From: Octopus bimaculoides
Lineage: Eukaryota
Assembly: GCF_001194135.2 (NCBI RefSeq)
Contig: NC_068985.1
Span: 46,108,073 to 46,144,968 of the forward strand
DNA length: 36,896 nucleotides
Direction of reading: 5' to 3'
Shown here: positions 23,577 to 35,000 of the stretch, in pieces
Layout: each line of letters opens with the position of its first letter
Numbering within the stretch: position 1 is the first letter of the stretch
Made by a program: the position numbers and the translations under genes
The notes under the pieces: generated by a model
Told to the model about the DNA's origin: nothing
Database searches by the model: none
Seen by the model: only the letters and a program-made list of their open reading frames with translations

Positions 23577-23772
23577 TTTTCGTCACGGTGATATGTAAAA
23601 ACTCGCTTCTGATTGGCTAAAATACCAAAATTTTGCAAATTTTAAAGGCTAATAACTTTTTAGTTATGGATTTATAAGAAAAAGGAATTTCGTTTTCATA
23701 ATTAGTATACAAAACTTATCCATATACCAAATTTGAAAACAATTGAAACAAAATTGTAAACAGTGACGAAAA
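23577..23772 (+). mobile_element. Degenerate TIR element related in internal layout to the GGATCT MITEs
   Basis: 10-bp inverted repeat TTTTCGTCAC/GTGACGAAAA. The internal order GATTGG-T-AAA-TACC, AATAACTTT, CCAAATTTGAAA matches that of 4794-5068. Confidence 0.45.
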
Positions 23773-24219
23773 CCACAAATATCCTTGAATTATTTTTGGT
23801 ATTTCAAGCAACCATATTTAAAGGTTTCCGTCATTAGCTTATTGGGCATGAGAGGGTTAAAAGCTACAAGTGCTTCTTTTAGTAACTGATGTACAAGACT
23901 TAGAGTTCATTGTGAATGCAGCACCGCAACACAGCACGAACGCCCTACCTTTTTTCTCATCGGTATAACCTACGATTTCATGAATATTGATACTTTCCCG
24001 TGTGGTCTATATAACTTGCAGTGTCACACAGAACCAATTATTGTGAAATAGGCCAAGCTTGATTTCCACGGTGGCAAGGGATTACATACGGCGCAGTAAA
24101 GTCCAGCTTACTTTTTTATTAAAGCCAGCTTCTGTGATTCAAGCCGCAATAAACACAGCGCAGCAATACTGTTGTGTACTTGCGTATACAGATGATACGA
24201 ATACCGAAAGAATGCCAAT

Positions 24220-24255
<36 letters not shown>

Positions 24256-24256
<1 letters not shown>

Positions 24257-24387
24257 ATACAAATAATAAATGAGTATATGCATATATACGTACATGTATG
24301 TACATACCTGCATCTGCATGTATATATAGATGCATATTTGGGTATAGGACGTTGCAAAAAAACAAAACGTGGACAAAATGATAAACA
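24256..24387 (-). mobile_element. Inverted copy of the 1158-1280 repeat
   Basis: TGTTTATCATTTTGTCCA-GTT...GGTATGTACATACATGTAC-TATATATGCATATACTCAT is shared. Confidence 0.85.
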
Positions 24388-24769
24388 GAAGAGAGAGAGA
24401 GAGAGAGAGAGAGAGAAGGGGGGGGGGAGACGTACATACACGCAAGTTATGCGACAAGGCAGTGATAGTGGTGAGGTCTTCTCATAAGTCGGTAGTTTTT
24501 CTTAACAAGCAACAGCTTAAGCTACGAAGAATAATATATCGAATATATATACCAAATTTAATGTCCAAGTTAACATATAATTCATTTTAATATTAAAATT
24601 GCTTAATTGAAGTGCTCCATGTCGTTTCTATATTCTCTTTGTAAATTATTTCTCTCATTTTAAATATCTTCGGATGAAATAGTTAATTTAGTTGATTAGC
24701 AAGGGTGATTTTAATATAATTTTATCCAGCTATATATAATTTGTATGTGTGTGTGCTTTCATCTTCTTC

Positions 24770-24771
<2 letters not shown>

Positions 24772-24830
<59 letters not shown>

Positions 24831-24851
24831 CGGTAGTGGTGGTGGTGGTAG
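24772..24851. repeat. (AGT)n followed by (GGT)n
   Basis: Read directly. Confidence 0.95.
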
Positions 24852-25058
24852 TGAATATTTGCGTGTTTTCTTCCTGCATTCATTGCCTGTGTGTGTGTGT
24901 GTGTGCGTGTGTACCTGCTTATGTGTATCTTGGAGACATCGGTGTGTGTGTGTGTGTGTGTATCTTGGATTACATTTCTATGTTTAGTGTATTTGCTTTC
25001 GGATACATCTCTGTGTGTGTGAATCTTATCTTGGATATTATGTTTGTGTGTGTGTGTG

Positions 25059-25829
25059 TGTGTTTGTATTCTGATGTGTGTGCATATGTGTGTGCGCGTG
25101 TGAGTTTGTGTCCGGATATCTGTATGTATGTATGTGTGCATGTATGTGCGCGCCTATATATGTGTTTGTGTGCGTGTGTGTGTGTGTGTGTGCGAGCGCG
25201 TACATGTGTGTGTTTGTGTGTGTGTGTGTGTGTGTATGTGTGTGCGTGCGTGTGTGCTAGGATAGATCAGTGTATGTGTCTGTGTGTTTGATGTTTCTGG
25301 ATAGTATATCTTGGATGCCTGGAAGGTGTATATACTTACATATATGTGTGTATTTGTGTGTGTGTGTGTGTAAGAGAGAGAGCGAGAGAAAGAGAGACAA
25401 AGCAAGGAAAGTTTTAATGTGCACTGATTGGTAACTTTTCATTTGGTCGTTCTCGTGTTGGTTGTCTTTCTTCTGTATTGCGTGTGTGCTTATGCTTTGC
25501 GCGCTCACTTCTGCAAGTCTATGTAGAGATGTGCGTGTGTCTGTGTGTCCGTTTAAGTGTGTGTATACGAGCGCATCTATGTATATTGATAGCTCGTATG
25601 CGTGGCTAAGAGAACGTCAGGCAGAATTGTGTCTGGGTGTACGACGGAGTGTGTGTGTTTGTATTCGGATGTATGTGCCTGCGTGTGTGCGCATGTGAGA
25701 TTTTGTCCGGATATCTGTATATATGTATGTGTGCATGTGTGTGCACGCCTAAATGTGTGTGCGCGCCTATATGTGTGTGTGTGTGTGTGTTGTGCGTGTG
25801 TGCTAGGTTAGATCGGTGTATGTGTCTGT
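25059..25829 (+). repeat. Local direct duplication of a TG-rich unit (25059-25283 and 25654-25829)
   Basis: Shared anchors GTTTGTATTC-GATGT, TGTCCGGATATCTGTAT, GCGCGCCTATAT and GTGCTAGG-TAGATC-GTGTATGTGTCTGT. Confidence 0.85.
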
Positions 25830-26169
25830 ATTATTGTAATAGATTTGAGCATTTTCAGTTGAAGTCTCGCTGGGGTCGGCTTTTGCTTGTAATCTCCCTG
25901 CTTCACTAAAATAAAGTACTAATCATATAATTTGTGTTCCTATGAATTTATTGTGAGTTACGAACTCTTGACCTATGGAGGTCTGAACAAAAGGTGACAG
26001 ACTAGTCAGTTGGCATGAGCTTACGATTTTGCGGTAGGCTATTCGACCTGTTAGAGATAAAGAGTGGATCCTTTGGAAAGGGATTGCATCGTTTTTTAAA
26101 AAAAATAAACCATTCTATTTCCTTTAACCTTTTATTCAGCCACTCATGTGTCGTAAGCACACGCTCGCT

Positions 26170-26217
<48 letters not shown>

Positions 26218-26346
26218 CACCTATAACGACGGAATGTCATTTGAATTGTAGCTGAATGAATTAGTAAATGCTGATTTCGATCGTCAGGAAACCTCAGGTT
26301 CCTGAAAATTAACAAAAGTTCTGTTATGCGTGTGTGTGTGTGTATG

Positions 26347-26354
26347 AGAGATAG

Positions 26355-26422
<68 letters not shown>
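26347..26422. repeat. (GATA)n(GA)n microsatellite
   Basis: Read directly. Confidence 0.95.
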
Positions 26423-26426
<4 letters not shown>

Positions 26427-27543
26427 AAGTGGAAGTCTGCGTTCACATCTGACTGAATTTATACCTGTTGAATTGGTTCCTACATTTATTTACCTATTAT
26501 CAACACATGCACGGGCCTTGGCATACAACTGATTACAACTTCCCAGTCATTTGGTAGCTATGCAGTTAAACTGATTAATAAACAGGACACACCAAAGGCT
26601 AGAATTATTGCTCCAAAGTGTCTTTGATACTCATGACAATCGAAATATAAAACTTAAATGTTCGTTCGCATCGGTCCCGGATTTTTCCTTCTGACTTAAC
26701 CACTCTCCCTCAAACAATGCTGGTTATGTTATAGTAAACGTTGATTAATCAAGAGAGAGAGTGCATAGTGGCAATAACTTTTGTAAACCATCTCAGATCG
26801 GTGAGATCAATGTAGCTAATTTTTAAGTGTGTAAGAGATGTGCAAATGAAATATGTTCGAAAATCNNNNNNNNNNNNNNNNNNNNNNNNAGTGCTTATGT
26901 TTCGTGACTCGAAGCAGATGAGAATTAAATATATGTTCGTGGACGGAAGATAAATCTAACACTGGTGACAGGTAATGTTTCGGCATTAGTATATGACGTC
27001 AGTCATGAGTAAGTTGTGGTTGCGGTCTGACTGTCAGCTCTGGTCAATCTTTCGGTAAAAATCTATTACATCATAAGTGAGTGTGTCACATAGTGTTTCA
27101 TCTGCTCGACAGAGGTGACCGGTCAAGCATACTCTCTCGCACATACTTTCTCATGACTGATGTCGTATACTAATACTGAGACATTTCCACAGCGACCATT
27201 ATAGTATCGATGTACAAGATCAGCCAACTCTATGACTGTATTTGTCTTTAAACCCAAGGTCTGTCCTGCTCGAACAGGCTTATAATCAAAATTCTTCCAG
27301 TTTTACCATCCTGTGTCTTTTCCCTTGGCACAATACATCCAGGACTACATTCTACAATGTGTCATTCTTTAATAAGGAAACAGAAATTGATGGTCATTTG
27401 GTCGATATTTCTAGCATATCGAGAGACCACGTCTTAAGAGGCTCCCTCAAATACATTTCTGTGCGTGTATGTGTGTTTCTCGAATCGACGGAACATTGTA
27501 ATGTATTTCGCATGTTTTTAGGGTGCACTTATAAAAATGTAGT

Positions 27544-28597
27544 GGAGGCGCAATGGCCCAGTGGTTAGGGCAGCGGACTCGCGTTCATAGGATCGCGGTT
27601 TCGATTCCCAGACCGGGCGTTGTGAGTGTTTATTGAGCGAAAACACCTAAAGCTCCACGAGGCTCTGGCAGGGGATGGTGGCGAACCCGGATCTTTTTTA
27701 AAACGGGGATCACATTTTTCATTAATGTTTTACGTAGTGTTTTTGGTACCGAAAGACTTTCAAACTTCGTATACTTATCTATTTTGTGTTATAGAACAGA
27801 AAAATATTTTTGTATTCGAATTTATTTCATGTAAAAAATTATCTTATTTCGATAATTTCAACCAATCTTTGACAAGTATTCAGTTGTTTATATTTACTCC
27901 TTTGGCTGATTAAGCGGTGTAAAGCGTATTTAATTTCCATAGCTTCGATTTATTTGCTTTTTTCTTTTTAAATTTGCTGTTTTNNNNNNNNNNNNNNNNN
28001 NNNNNNNNNNNNNNNNNNNNNNNNNNNNNNNNNNNNNNNNNNNNNNNNNNNNNNNNNNNNNNNNNNNNNNNNNNNNNNNNNNNNNNNNNNNNNNNNNNNN
28101 NNNNNNNNNNNNNNNNNNNNNNNNNNNNNNNNNNNNNNNNNNNNNNNNNNNNNNNNNNNNNNNNNNNNNNNNNNNNNNNNNNNNNNNNNNNNNNNNNNNN
28201 NNNNNNNNNNNNNNNNNNNNNNNGATTTCTTTTTTTTTTTAAGAAGACTAAGAGAAAAAGATGTTTTATATGACACATTCTACCAGTGTTCCAAATTTCA
28301 AAGTGTTTCGTTAATGAAAAATGTGGCCCCCGTTTTAAAAAAGATCCGCGAACCCTGCTGTACTCTTTCACCACAACTTTCTCTCACTGTTACTTCCTGT
28401 TTCTGTTGTGCCTGTAATTCAAAGGGTCAGCCTTGTCACATTGTGTCACGCTGAATATCTCCGAGAACTATGTTAAGGGTACACGTGTCTGTGGAGTGCT
28501 CAGCCACTTGCACATTAATTTCACGAGCAGGCTGTTCCTTTGATCGGATCAACTGGAACCCTCGACGTCGTAAGCTTCGGAGTGCCAACAACATCAA
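27544..28597 (+). mobile_element. SINE family B split by a MITE insertion
   Basis: Head at 27544-27688, body resumes at 28348. 13-bp TSD ATAAAAATGTAGT at 27531-27543 and 28598-28610. Colinear with 5448-5813. Confidence 0.95.
27689..28347 (+). mobile_element. GGATCT-family MITE (Merlin-like) nested in the SINE
   Basis: TIRs GGATCTTTTTTAAAACGGGG-TCACATTTTTCATTAA / TTAATGAAAAATGTGGCCCCCGTTTTAAAAAAGATCC. Exact 8-bp TSD GCGAACCC at 27681-27688 and 28348-28355; the uninterrupted SINE carries a single GCGAACCC at 5572-5579. Confidence 0.92.
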
Positions 28598-28620
28598 ATA
28601 AAAATGTAGTAGAGCGAAAA

Positions 28621-28745
28621 TGGCAGAATTAATTGGGGTCAGACGAAATGCATTTTGGTAACCAGTTGCTTCCTGTAAATGAGTTCAAATTCTGCAGATT
28701 GTAGAAATTTGTATTTCATCCACCTGCGGTTGATAAAATCAAGTT
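28621..28745 (+). mobile_element. SINE family C, diverged fragment
   Basis: TGGCAGAATT...GAGTTCAAATTCTGC...TTTCATCCACCTGCGGTTGATAAAATCAAGT. Confidence 0.6.
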
Positions 28746-28775
28746 CCGTTACAAGCTCTGTAGATGTGACGATTG

Positions 28776-29097
28776 TGAAGGCGCGTGGCTGAGTGGTTAA
28801 GGTGTCAACTCACGATCGTAAGCTCGTGAGTTCAATACCTGGCGACGCGTTGTGTTCGTTGTGTCCTTGAGCCAGACACTTTATTTCATGTTGCTCCAGT
28901 CCACTCAGCTGGCAAAAGCAGTAGTATCCGTATTTCAAAGGGCTACAGTCTGTGTCACGCTGAATCTCCCTGAGAACTGCAATTCAGGGTACGCGTTTCT
29001 GTGGAGTGCTCAGCCACTTACACGTTAATTTCAGGAGCAGGCTGTTCCGTTGATCGGATCAACTGGAACACCCTCGTCGTCGTAACCGACGCAGTGC
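28776..29097 (+). mobile_element. SINE with a distinct tRNA-like head and family B 3' body
   Basis: Head GGCGCGTGGCTGAGTGGTTAAGG...GAGTTCAATACC, then GTGTCCTTGAGCCAGACACTT. From about 28930 it matches 5632-5804. Confidence 0.88.
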
Positions 29098-29415
29098 TAG
29101 TTTTAAAGTTGGGATGATTTAATTTAATCGACAGTTTCTTGTCAGCAAAATGTTTGTCATCTTGCCTAAGAAATCTGTTAAACGTGTTGTGATGGAAGAC
29201 TATCTTAGATATGACCAGCACGCACTTTTTTGTTTATCAAAGATAATACTATCTTAGATTTAATATAGTGACATGAAAACTTTCTTTTACTTGAGAGCAT
29301 CCATACATTTTCTATTGTTTCAAAATTTTCAATTACACGAACGTGGGTTCGAGGTCCAGGTTAGGCGCAATAAGGGCTCTCTATATAGTTATTAACATTT
29401 CCTTAAAAAAAATTA

Positions 29416-29619
29416 AGGTGGCGAGCAGGCAAAATCGTTAGGCTGCTGGTTTAGCAGTATTTCATCCGTCTTTAATTTCCGAGTTCAAATTCCACCGTGG
29501 TCGACTTTACTTTTCATCCTTTCGGGGTCAATAAACTAAGTACCAGTTGAGCACTGGAATCGATGTAATCGACTTACTCTTTCCCATCCAATTGCTGGTC
29601 TTGTGCCAAAATTTGAAAC
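29416..29619 (+). mobile_element. SINE family C, near full length
   Basis: AGGTGGCGAGCAGGCAAAATCGTTAG...GAGTTCAAATTCC...CTTTTCATCCTTTCGGGGTC...AAGTACCAGTTGAGCACTGG...CTTGTGCCAAAATTTGAAAC. Confidence 0.9.
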
Positions 29620-29689
29620 TAATATTTCCTTCAAAATCGTATGCTACCAATCCATATGCATATATAATACATATATGTGTCTTTCGCTT

Positions 29690-29849
29690 GTTTTTACGTT
29701 CTGAGTTCAAATTCCCCCGAGGTCGACTTTACCTTTCATCCTTTCGGGGTCGATAAATTATGTACCAGCTGCGTACTAGAGTCGATCCAATCGACTGGTC
29801 TCCTCCCCAAAAATTGTGCCTTGTGCCTTGTGCCTAGAGTAGAAAAGAA
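29690..29849 (+). mobile_element. SINE family C, 5'-truncated
   Basis: Matches 29470-29619. Confidence 0.9.
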
Positions 29850-30182
29850 TATATGTGTATGTGTGTGCGCAGACACACACAAACACTCGTACACGCACAC
29901 ACACATACACTCGTACACGGACACGCACACACACATATTCACATTCACGTGTATAATGTTTATGTACTTAACACGAATTGACTATTTCCGAAAGCTCAAT
30001 TTTCATAACATTCTCTTTAAAGTGTTCCGCCATTTGACCTGAGAGACGGTGTATTTATAAATGGAAGTGTGTGTGTGTGTGTGTGCATGCGTATGTGCGT
30101 GTGTGTGTGTGTATAATAAGTGTAACTATGCATTTTATGAGTAATATAATTTGTGTGAAATTGTCTGTATTATGACTATACA

Positions 30183-30220
<38 letters not shown>

Positions 30221-30835
30221 TGAGGTGTTATGGGAGGGAATGGTATGAGTACAAAATAGACGCGGTGTGAGTGAAAGGAGACGGTAGTGGGGCTTGTGTG
30301 CTGTGAAACTGGAGACGTTCTCAGTGCAAACGGGTTTTTACTAAATTGATTTATGCTCTCACACATGTATTCACACGCATACATACACATACATACATAC
30401 TTACATACATACATACATACATACATATATGAATACGTGTATGTGTGTGTGTGTGTGTGTGCATATATGTGTGCGCGTGTATATAGACATACGTGTATAT
30501 AAGACTGCATCCCTTTAAAAGGAATCGGGTCTTTAAAGTTAGTTTCGAAATGATGCCGTTAAACATTTGTCATGCTTTTTTCTTCATCCATATTCCCTTC
30601 CTAGAATGAAATCAAGGCCAGAGGGTTAGTCAGCGGTTAACATGCTGCTTGCCGTTGTAAAAAATGTGAAAGTATATTGTCCTAAAAAAAGTAAAAGTAA
30701 ATTGCGATAGCCACCGGAAGTGACTTCAGTGACTTACCGAAATTTTCTAAGAACATAAAAAAAGAAAGAAAAAAAATGCTCTCACATTGTATTACGTCCA
30801 AAAGTACCTCCATGTGTGGTACATTCTACTGATGT

Positions 30836-31267
30836 CTCTCTTTTACTCTCTTTTACTTGTTTCAGTCATTTGACTGGCCATGCTGGAGCACCGCCTTTAG
30901 TCGAGCAAATCGACTCCAGGACTTATTCTTTGTAAGCTTAGTACTTATTCTATCGGTATCTTTTGTCGCACCGCTAAGTTACGGGGACGTAAACACACCA
31001 GCATCGGTTGTCAAGCGATGTTTTGGGGGGGGGGGAGCAAACAGACACACAAACACACACACATACATATATATACATACATACGACGGGCTTCTTTCAG
31101 TTTCCGTCTACCAAATCCACTCACAAGACTTTGGTCGGCCCGAGGCTATAGTAGAAGACACTTGCCCAAGGTGCCACGCAGTGGGACTGAACCCGGAACC
31201 ATGTGGTTGGTAAGCAAGCTACTTTCCCACACAGCCATTCCCGCTCCTGCACAGCCATTCCTGCACC
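30836..31267 (-). mobile_element. SINE family A, full length, with a duplicated 5' end
   Basis: Reverse complement is colinear with 22704-23119. ACAGCCATTCC occurs at both 31231 and 31251. Confidence 0.95.
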
Positions 31268-31340
31268 TATATGGCTGAGGTACACCGTTCCAACGTACAA
31301 TAAATATCCATCAACGAACACTACTGAAAAAACAATTCAG

Positions 31341-31418
31341 TGTTTTGCATGTCAACGCATGATAGCCACTACAGCTACATGTGAGCAATGCAATAACCCT
31401 GTGCGATAAATGAGCTGT
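31341..31418 (+). pseudogene. Possible degenerate Cys-rich zinc-finger relic (C-x2-C-x9-C-x2-C)
   Basis: Translation CFACQRMIATTATCEQCNNPVR*MSC; no flanking coding context. Confidence 0.25.
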
Positions 31419-31872
31419 AGAGAAAGAACTGACGCGAAGAGGTAGCGTTGTTCCTGTGGATTCATTCACTTGGACTCTCTACGGGCTAATTCCTGTTTTT
31501 GGAGAAAAGCCATTTTTACTCTGCCAGTATTTCAGTCAACTAATGCAGTGCTTCTCAATGTATCTGATGTGGCGTACCGGCAATTTCTTTTTTTTTTTCT
31601 TCTTTCCAATGTGCCAGGGACATATTTCCTAGTTAATATTAATTTATACCGGAAACAATATATATAATGAATATAATAAAAGTTGACAATTTTTTTTATC
31701 ACATATTTATTTTGTAAACAAATAATACAATATTACATAAGCATTTTAAATGTACATGGAGGTCAGAGACTGTCGTCACTTCCGGTTTTTATCAATTTTC
31801 TTGCATTGTTTAAGGACAGTTTACGTTCACTTTACGGCGGTAAACTGCTGGTTAACATAGTCAGCTACTCCA

Positions 31873-32094
31873 TCACTTTCTGAAAATGGGACTATGACAC
31901 CAGATAAACTCTTCTAAATAAGTTGGGAATATATTGTCCGAAGCGCTATGATGCATAGCGCGACATTTACTATTGATAAAATTCCATGTCTTTCTCTTTA
32001 TTTTAGTAGGTCGTTGGGATCTAATAAAATAAAGACTGTGGTTTGCTATCCATAATGTTTTGGGGATTGTTTTCCTTTTGATATCTGCTATCAT
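31873..32094 (-). pseudogene. Degenerate C-terminal fragment of an ISXO2/IS1595-type (Merlin) DDE transposase
   Basis: ORF ...IKRKTIPKTLWIANHSLYF...KTWNFINSK...FPTYLEEFIWCH recalls, in order, the family motifs I--PGT, VNHS--F, IE--W---K and YL-EF-WR. The SD-W--Y segment is missing and the 5' side is cut by a SINE at 32108. Confidence 0.55.
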
Positions 32095-32107
32095 ATGTAC
32101 ATAAAAT

Positions 32108-32310
32108 AAGGCGACAAACTGGCATAATCGTTAGCACACCCGAATAAATAAAGGCTTAGCATCATTTCTTCTGGCTTTACGTTAAAATTCTGTCGAGGCC
32201 GATGTTATCTTTCATCCAGTGGCGATAAAATAAGTACCAGTTGAACACAAGGGTCGATTTAATCGGGTAGCCTACTGCCCCAAAACTCCAGGACTTGTGC
32301 TTATAATTAT
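32108..32310 (+). mobile_element. SINE family C, diverged
   Basis: AAGGCGACAAACTGGCATAATCGTTAGCAC...GATAAAATAAGTACCAGTTGAACAC...GGACTTGTGC. Confidence 0.85.
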
Positions 32311-32644
32311 AAGAAAACAGAAAGAATTATATCTACTTTAAATGAAGAATCGCTGGGCAAAGGCATTTATTTTGTCGAACGTTCTATCAAGTCTAATTTA
32401 TTTATTTTTCCATGATGAAAAGGTATGATTTGAGGGAGATCGGTTGTTATTCAATTATAGGTTGAGTGATCTCTTATTGGCTTTGATTATTATCTCTATG
32501 TAACTGTGTAATCTTGAAGTTCTGGATATTTCTTGTTGAGAGAAAAAAAAATTGCTTTGTCGACCACTTTGTTCCCTTTCAGCTTTTAGCTTCATTTGTT
32601 CTTCTTGTTTTCGTTCCCCCCTTTTTCTTATAACTTTTTTTATA

Positions 32645-33765
32645 GGTGCAGGCGTGGCGTGGGTGTGTGGTAAGAAGCTTGCTTCCCAACCACATGGTTC
32701 CGAGTTTACTTACTCTCACTGCACGGCGCTTTGGGAAAGTGTGTTCTACAGCTTCGGCCCAACTAAAAAGTCTTGTGAGTGGATTTGGTACACAGAAACT
32801 GAAAGAAGCCCGTCGTATATATATATATAGCCGGTATACAGCACTTACTCGGTATTACCTGTATCTTTGAGTTTGGTTAAATCCNNNNNNNNNNNNNNNN
32901 NNNNNNNNNNNNNNNNNNNNNNNNNNNNNNNNNNNNNNNNNNNNNNNNNNNNNNNNNNNNNNNNNNNNNNNNNNNNNNNNNNNNNNNNNNNNNNNNNNNN
33001 NNNNNNNNNNNNNNNNNNNNNNNNNNNNNNNNNNNNNNNNNNNNNNNNNNNNNNNNNNNNNNNNNNNNNNNNNNNNNNNNNNNNNNNNNNNNNNNNNNNN
33101 NNNNNNNNNNNNNNNNNNNNNNNNNNNNNNNNNNNNNNNNNNNNNNNNNNNNNNNNNNNNNNNNNNNNNNNNNNNNNNNNNNNNNNNNNNNNNNNNNNNN
33201 NNNNNNNNNNNNNNNNNNNNNNNNNNNNNNNNNNNNNNNNNNNNNNNNNNNNNNNNNNNNNNNNNNNNNNNNNNNNNNNNNNNNNNNNNNNNNNNNNNNN
33301 NNNNNNNNNNNNNNNNNNNNNNNNNNNNNNNNNNNNNNNNNNNNNNNNNNNNNNNNNNNNNNNNNNNNNNNNNNNNNNNNNNNNNNNNNNNNNNNNNNNN
33401 NNNNNNNNNNNNNNNNNNNNNNNNNNNNNNNNNNNNNNNNNNNNNNNNNNNNNNNNNNNNNNNNNNNNNNNNNNNNNNNNNNNNNNNNNNNNNNNNNNNN
33501 NNNNNNNNNNNNNNNNNNNNNNNNNNNNNNNNNNNNNNNNNNNNNNNNNNNNNNNNNNNNNNNNNNNNNNNNNNNNNNNNNNNNNNNNNNNNNNNNNNNN
33601 NNNNNNNNNNNNNNNNNNNNNNNNNNNNNNNNNNNNNNNNNNNNNNNNNNNNNNNNNNNNNNNNNNNNNNNNNNNNNNNNNNNNNNNNNNNNNNNNNNNN
33701 NNNNNNNNNNNNNNNNNNNNNNNNNNNNNNNNNNNNNNNNNNNNNNNNNNNNNNNNNNNNNNNNN

Positions 33766-33838
<73 letters not shown>

Positions 33839-34039
33839 TGTATATATCTGTGTGTGTGTGTGTCTTTGTGTCTGTTCGTCGTCCATCACGGCTTGACAAC
33901 CAGTGCTGATGTGTTTATAACTTAACGGCTTGGCAAAATAAACCGATAGAATAATTACTAAGCTAAAAAAAAAGCCCCGGGATCGATTTGTTTGACTAAC
34001 CCTTCAATGCGGTGCTCCAGCATGGCCGCAGTCAAATGA
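32645..34039 (+). mobile_element. SINE family A halves flanking a gap (5' half 32645-32820; 3' half about 33850-34039)
   Basis: Each half matches the 22704 copy; whether they belong to one insertion cannot be seen. Confidence 0.8.
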
Positions 34040-34493
34040 TGTCACTACATTTTGTGTTTTCTTTCCTTGTACGTAGTTTTTTCTCTCTTTTTCTCTTGTC
34101 GTCTCTTTTCTGTTTTGGAAGTCGCCATAGATCGACAAACTGACCGAGAAACATCACCATCATCACCATCACCAACACCACCACCAACAACAACAGTCTT
34201 TGGAAAACAAAATTAGCTGAGGGATTTAGTTTGCAATATTATCTGATGGATTTAGCACTGCCAGAACTTTCAAAGACAGATTTATGATTTAATCTCATGT
34301 AATTTATGGAAGAGAACAGAGAAAAATTGAGATATTTAATAATCTTTATGTAGGAGTTCTCTGAGATATGGAATGCTTTTTTTGTTTTGTTTTCATGAGT
34401 TCCCAAAGGGTTAAAATTTGGATAACACTGCTCTAATCTTTTATACTAATTACAGTGACAAATCTAGACGTTGTTTTAAGTTTTAACATGTAA

Positions 34494-34529
<36 letters not shown>

Positions 34530-35000
34530 TGTATGTATGTATAGGTGCTAGCTGTAGTCTTTGTGACGACTAATTCCCTCTCTCATTTGCAAAAAATGTG
34601 TGGGTGACACCTCATAACGCTTTGCAATCAACACAAAAGAAATTAATATTCCCATAAGAAATTGTGTACACGAAAAGTTAATTACTTTAAACAATGTAGT
34701 AATTAATATTTAATATTTATTATATATTCAGTATGCCCATAATTTTGTCACAGTAAAATATATTCATATCGCAAGGGTTTTTTTTTCTGTTTTCGCACAT
34801 CGACTGATTAAATAATTGAACGAACGAGATTTTGCGTCATGACGCTATAACTTACAAATCAGCGTGAGAGCTGCGATCTGGTCGCTCGACCTGTCATAAG
34901 TTGCCAGCTAAAGTCCAACAAATCACACTGGCTCAACCGTTGTAAAATGATCGGTACAGTAGTGCCATCTTAAAGCATGAGCACACTAGGTAGCTGCCCA

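Larger units (their letters stand above)
762..33766. other. Assembly gaps (11 N-runs spread across this span)
   Basis: N-runs at about 762-804, 1300-2154, 3507-4085, 6859-6868, 8004-8956, 9956-10291, 17941-18143, 19923-20864, 26866-26889, 27984-28223 and 32885-33766. Several abut (TA)n tracts or repeats. Confidence 0.98.

Noticed and set aside
24920-25320. CRISPR-like repeat-spacer pattern (ATCTTGGA recurrences)
   Set aside because: The context is eukaryotic, the motif is short and variable, and the spacers are TG microsatellite.
26250-26300. Minus-strand CTGACGA-TC-GAAA
   Set aside because: There is no room for stem II and no stem I complement.
27242-27568. 108-aa ORF MSLNPRSVLLEQ...
   Set aside because: It has no recognisable domain, includes a family D repeat fragment and ends in a SINE head.
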